Positions 59,933 to 64,000 of a DNA stretch of 64,000 bases are shown in pieces (positions within the stretch are counted from its first letter, which is position 1; each line of letters begins with the position of its first letter). A program made the position numbers and the translations under genes. Source of the DNA: Alphaproteobacteria bacterium (GTDB taxonomy: Bacteria; Pseudomonadota; Alphaproteobacteria; UBA828); the NCBI GenBank assembly GCA_965214705.1, contig OZ243972.1, positions 1,056,001-1,120,000 on the forward strand, in the 5' to 3' direction. The notes beneath the pieces are model-generated. The model had not been told where the DNA came from and searched no databases. It worked only from the letters and a program-made list of their open reading frames with translations.

Positions 59933-61015
59933 ATGAGCGTGCGTTACGCGCCGGTCGGCTGGAACCGCAACAAGACCGTCTACGACGTCATGGTGCTCGC
60001 CGCCGCCGTTGCCTACATCCTGCTCTACATCAAGATCGCGCCGGGCTTCCAGGACGTCACCAAGCCGACCAGCGGGGCGATCCTGCGGGCGCAGGCCTTC
60101 GGCACCTGTGCCTTCCTGATGCTCACGTTCATCCTCTGCATCGGGCCGCTCGCACGCCTGGATGCGCGCTTCCTGCCGCTGCTCTACAACCGTCGCCACT
60201 TCGGCGTGATCACGTGCGCCATCGCCTTCACCCATGCCACGCATGTGGTCAGCATCTATTACTCGTTCAGCCCGCTGAACAAGTACGTCGCGGTGCTGGC
60301 GAGCAACACGAGCTACGACCGCTTCCTCGGCTTCCCGTTCGAGACCTTCGGCATCTTCGCGCTCTTCCTGCTGCTGGTGCTCGCGGCCACGAGCCACGAC
60401 TTCTGGCTCAAGTTCCTGACACCGCCGATCTGGAAGGCGATCCACATCTCGGTCTACGTCGCCTATGCGGCGATCGTCTGCCATGTGGCGCTCGGCTCCC
60501 TGCAGTCGAAGCAAAGCCCGCTGCTCGCGGTCATTGTGGGCTTGAGCGTGGTGGCGGTCACCGGCCTGCATCTGGTCGCCGGGCGTATCGAGCGGCAGAA
60601 GGACCGCAACACGGCGGAGAGCGCCGAGGAGAGTACCGACGAGGAGCCCTGGGTCGTCGCCGGCGATGTGGACTCCGTGCCCGATGGCCGCGGCATCGTC
60701 GTGCCGCTGGAGGACGGCGAGCGCGTCGCGGTGTTCCGCTACGACGACAAGCTGTCGGCGCTCGCCAACGTCTGCGCCCATCAGAACGGGCCGCTCGGCG
60801 AAGGGCGCATCATGGACGGTTGCGTGACCTGCCCGTGGCACGGCTTCCACTACCGGCCGGAGGATGGCTGCGCGCCGCCGCCCTTCACCGAGAAGGTCGC
60901 GACCTATCGGCTCAAGCTGGACGGCCGGCGGATCCTGCTCGACCCGCGGGCCAACGAGCCCGGCACCTATGTCGAGCCCGTGCGCATCGCTCCCCCGAGC
61001 GTGACGGAGGCGTAA
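59933..61015 (+). CDS. Ferric-reductase/MsrQ-like membrane domain fused to C-terminal Rieske [2Fe-2S]
   Basis: About 6-7 TMs with NRRHFG, LAATS and membrane His residues; CAHQNGPL...CPWHG; SD AAGGAGG. Confidence 0.85.
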   Translation: MSVRYAPVGWNRNKTVYDVMVLAAAVAYILLYIKIAPGFQDVTKPTSGAILRAQAFGTCAFLMLTFILCIGPLARLDARFLPLLYNRRHFGVITCAIAFTHATHVVSIYYSFSPLNKYVAVLASNTSYDRFLGFPFETFGIFALFLLLVLAATSHDFWLKFLTPPIWKAIHISVYVAYAAIVCHVALGSLQSKQSPLLAVIVGLSVVAVTGLHLVAGRIERQKDRNTAESAEESTDEEPWVVAGDVDSVPDGRGIVVPLEDGERVAVFRYDDKLSALANVCAHQNGPLGEGRIMDGCVTCPWHGFHYRPEDGCAPPPFTEKVATYRLKLDGRRILLDPRANEPGTYVEPVRIAPPSVTEA

Positions 61016-61016
61016 C

Positions 61017-61805
61017 ATGGCAGGCAGGGCGCGTGATCCCGGCTTCTTCGTCGGCTACCTGAACAACGTGCCGCGCCCGCTCGCGATCTTCCTGGTGGTC
61101 GGTGCTGCCGTGCTCGTGGGCGGCATGGCTGGACTGGCCTTCGCTCTCGGCACCAACGTCAACGACCCCGGCGACGGCACGTTCGCCCGCAAGCTCGGAA
61201 AACAGGAGATGACCGGGGTTCTGCTGGAGAAGCCCTATCCGATCCTCCGCGTGCGCCCGGACGCGAAAAATCCCGAAGCCCGGACGATCATGCTCACCGT
61301 GCCCGGCAAGCGCAGCGTCAAGCGCCGCGGTCGCAAGCTCTTCGACCAGCTCGTCGACGTGAAGGGCTTCATGTTCCAGCGCGGCGACATCGACATGCTG
61401 CAGGTCCAGGGCAAGGGCGCGCTGAAGGCCGTGGAGGTCGCCGAAGGGGAGCCGCCGCCCGAATTCACCCCGGCGCCCGCAGAATCCCTCGGCCGCTGGC
61501 GCCTCATCGGCGAGATCTGCGACAGCAAGTGCCATCTGGGCGCCATGCGGCCGGGCGACGGGCTCGCGCACAAGGCCTGCGCCAATCTCTGCATCTCCTC
61601 CGGCGCACCGCCGATCTTCGTCACGGCAGACGAAGGCGCGGTCGAGGGCGAGACCTTCCTGCTGATGGCCGATCAGGACGGCGGGCCGCTCCCCGATCAC
61701 TTCGGCGACTATGTGGCGATCCTCATTCAGCTCGAAGGCGAGGTCGAACGGCTCGACGATCTGCTGGTCTTCAAGGTCGATATCGACGCGGCCAAGGTGT
61801 TCTGA
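61017..61805 (+). CDS. Membrane-anchored hypothetical protein with Cys/His motif
   Basis: N-terminal TM; GEICDSKCHLG...HKACANLCISSG; 1 nt after the upstream stop. Confidence 0.8.
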   Translation: MAGRARDPGFFVGYLNNVPRPLAIFLVVGAAVLVGGMAGLAFALGTNVNDPGDGTFARKLGKQEMTGVLLEKPYPILRVRPDAKNPEARTIMLTVPGKRSVKRRGRKLFDQLVDVKGFMFQRGDIDMLQVQGKGALKAVEVAEGEPPPEFTPAPAESLGRWRLIGEICDSKCHLGAMRPGDGLAHKACANLCISSGAPPIFVTADEGAVEGETFLLMADQDGGPLPDHFGDYVAILIQLEGEVERLDDLLVFKVDIDAAKVF

Positions 61806-61808
61806 GCG

Positions 61809-62060
61809 ATGAAGCGAGTCGCCTGGATTATCGCCGGCGCGATCGTAACCGCAGGCCTCGGCTACGCCTCCTACTGGGTCTATCTGGAGGTGCAGCAGCA
61901 GGTTCGCGGCACGCTCATTTCAGGCTTCGGCATCTTCGTCGGCGTCATGGGTGCCTTCGCCATGCTCGGCGTGGCCCACATCGTCTTCACCTACGCCGAG
62001 CGCCTGCTGTGCAAGCGCAAGACGCCCCCGGCCGAAGACAAGACTCCAGAGGGCGCGTGA
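61809..62060 (+). CDS. Small two-TM protein (83 aa)
   Basis: Two hydrophobic helices; 3 nt after the upstream stop. Confidence 0.7.
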   Translation: MKRVAWIIAGAIVTAGLGYASYWVYLEVQQQVRGTLISGFGIFVGVMGAFAMLGVAHIVFTYAERLLCKRKTPPAEDKTPEGA

Positions 62061-62113
62061 CGATCGAATAGACGCGGCACGCGAGCCGTTCAGTGGCGGG
62101 AGGCAGGGTCCCC

Positions 62114-63724
62114 ATGAACAAGATCGCGATCAAGACGCTCGACGAGTTGGAAGACCGACAGCCGGCCTACGCGCTGGTCGGCGAGGTCGATCTCTGTGTC
62201 GTGCGCTACGACGATAACGTCTCGGTCTTCTACGGCCGCTGCCTGCACCGGGGCGCGCTCATGGCCGACGGCTACGTCGACGGCGAGAACCTGATCTGCG
62301 GCGTCCACTATTGGGACTACCGCCTCGATACCGGTGTCAGCGAATACAACAACGAGGAAATCCTGCCCAAGTTCGCGTCGTGGATTGAGGACGGCCAGGT
62401 CCTGGTCGATGCGGACGAGATCGGCGCTTGGGAGGAGGACCATCCGCAGCCCTTCAAGCGGGGCGAGTACCTCGGCCTCTACGCCGACACCCACCCCGCG
62501 GCCGAGGAGCCCCACGTTGGGCTGATCCAGGGCTACGCCAAGGACGGTCTCAGCAAGACTGGCCATCATGGCGTCGTGGTGGCCATGGGCGTGCCGCGCC
62601 AGGACCTGCCGAGCTGGGACGATATCCAGTTCATCACGGCGCAACTCCACCGCATGCCGCACCTGGATGACGAGCCTGTCGCCACCGAGGTGGTGATCGG
62701 CCCCAACGCCCAAAAACCGCTCACCCTCGGGATTCCGCTCCTGGTCTCGGACATGAGTTTTGGGGCGCTCTCGGAGCCCGCCAAGGTCTCGCTCGCGCGC
62801 GGCGCCGAGCTTTCCGGCACCGGCATCTGCTCGGGCGAGGGCGGCATGCTGCCGGAGGAGCAGCAGGCGTGCAGCCGCTACTTCTACGAGTATGCCTCGG
62901 GCCGCTTCGGCTTCTCCTGGGACAAGCTGGAGAACGTCCAAGCCTTCCATTTCAAGGGCGGTCAGGGCGCCAAGACCGGCACCGGCGGGCATCTGCCGGG
63001 CAACAAGGTGAGGGGCAAGATCGCCGAGGTGCGGGGGCTGCCGGAAGGCTCGCCGGCGGTCTCGCCGCCGCGCTTCCCGGACTGGACCGACTGGCGCCAG
63101 GTGCGGGACTTCGCCGACGAGGTGCGCAGCCATACCGGCGGCATCCCGATCGGCTATAAGCTCTCGGCCCAGCACATCGAGAAGGACATCGACGCTGCGC
63201 TCGAGGTCGGCGTCGATTACATTATCCTGGATGGCCGGGGCGGCGGCACGGGCGCTGCGCCGCTCATCTTCCGCGACAACATCTCGGTGCCGACCATCCC
63301 GGCGCTGGCGCGGGCGCGCCGCCATCTGGACGCGTCCGAGCGCCAGGACGTGACGCTGGTGATCACGGGGGGCCTGCGCAAGCCCGCCGATTTCGCCAAG
63401 GCGCTGGCGCTCGGCGCGGATGCGGTCGCGGTTTCCAACGCCGCGATCCAGGCGATCGGCTGCCTCGGCATGCGCGCCTGCCACACCAACAACTGCCCGG
63501 TCGGTATCGCGACCCAGAAGCCGAGTCTGACCGCGCGGATCGAGGTCGAGAAGTCGGCGCGGCGCCTTGCCAACTTCTTCGAGGCGAGCGTCGAGCTGAT
63601 GAAGATCATGGCGCGTGCCTGTGGGCATTCGCACCTGAACCAGCTCGCGCTCGACGATCTCGAGACCTGGAAAGAGGATATGGCGCGGCTGTCGGGCGTC
63701 GCCTACGGCGGCGTCGGCGGCTAA
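62114..63724 (+). CDS. Rieske domain fused to FMN-binding glutamate-synthase domain
   Basis: CLHRG...CGVH Rieske; DMSFGALS, SGEGG, GQGAK, DGRGGGTGAAP, TGGLR, CLGMRACHTNNC [3Fe-4S]; no amidotransferase domain. Confidence 0.88.
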   Translation: MNKIAIKTLDELEDRQPAYALVGEVDLCVVRYDDNVSVFYGRCLHRGALMADGYVDGENLICGVHYWDYRLDTGVSEYNNEEILPKFASWIEDGQVLVDADEIGAWEEDHPQPFKRGEYLGLYADTHPAAEEPHVGLIQGYAKDGLSKTGHHGVVVAMGVPRQDLPSWDDIQFITAQLHRMPHLDDEPVATEVVIGPNAQKPLTLGIPLLVSDMSFGALSEPAKVSLARGAELSGTGICSGEGGMLPEEQQACSRYFYEYASGRFGFSWDKLENVQAFHFKGGQGAKTGTGGHLPGNKVRGKIAEVRGLPEGSPAVSPPRFPDWTDWRQVRDFADEVRSHTGGIPIGYKLSAQHIEKDIDAALEVGVDYIILDGRGGGTGAAPLIFRDNISVPTIPALARARRHLDASERQDVTLVITGGLRKPADFAKALALGADAVAVSNAAIQAIGCLGMRACHTNNCPVGIATQKPSLTARIEVEKSARRLANFFEASVELMKIMARACGHSHLNQLALDDLETWKEDMARLSGVAYGGVGG

Positions 63725-63957
63725 GGGGGACCCACGCCCGCACTGGCAGGTGCCACAAACACCTCACGAACGCCTCGTTCGCAGTCGGAATCTCTGTACA
63801 CTGCACTGCCGTTGCATCTAAAATCGAAGTCGCTTATTCATGGGTTGAAAAGCACGTAAATTTGCATTGTGTCATATGAGATAAAGCACAAACGAACCAG
63901 AGAAACATCCAATGACATGGAGTATACTGCACGTCCACTCCCGTAGATACTCGAGCG

Positions 63958-64000
63958 ATGTCCGATCAAAACCAAATTGATGTAGACGAGTTAAGGAAAA
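63958..64000 (+). CDS. Possible start of a low-GC ORF cut by the window edge
   Basis: MSDQNQIDVDELRK... open to the edge, after an AT-rich region. Confidence 0.3.
   Translation, partial: MSDQNQIDVDELRK

Overview
High-GC (roughly 70%, estimated by eye) alphaproteobacterial chromosome segment, Rhodospirillales-like in gene content, that contains the probable replication origin. The 50366-50779 interval between hemE and the ppsR-maf-aroE-coaE-dnaQ block has DnaA boxes, trio-like repeats, an AT-rich stretch and a perfect CtrA box. A perfect parS lies in rsmG, next to parAB. Core genes: addAB, prfB (+1 frameshift), mrcA, amiC, thiS-thiG fusion, aroQ-accB-accC-aat, mlaD, fused trpE(G), mnmE-mnmG-rsmG-parA-parB, rho, dcd, hemJ/H/E. 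Accessory genes (SDRs, LLMs, TRAP transporter, P450, cyclodeaminase) are interspersed. The most notable items are: (1) a six-gene, possibly sigma54-driven membrane redox cluster (heme-membrane/Rieske fusion, Cys/His-motif protein, Rieske-FMN glutamate-synthase-domain fusion, three small membrane proteins); (2) a PIN toxin paired with an atypical DUF7662-like antitoxin and a 3x9-bp operator; (3) a 149-bp IS5-type MITE inserted into overlapping stop codons; (4) a 105-bp multi-hairpin repeat present three times between convergent genes; (5) an internally deleted dctP; (6) an orphan N4-C methyltransferase. No rRNA, tRNA or CRISPR array was recognised. All calls come from reading motifs by eye; no database searches were run.
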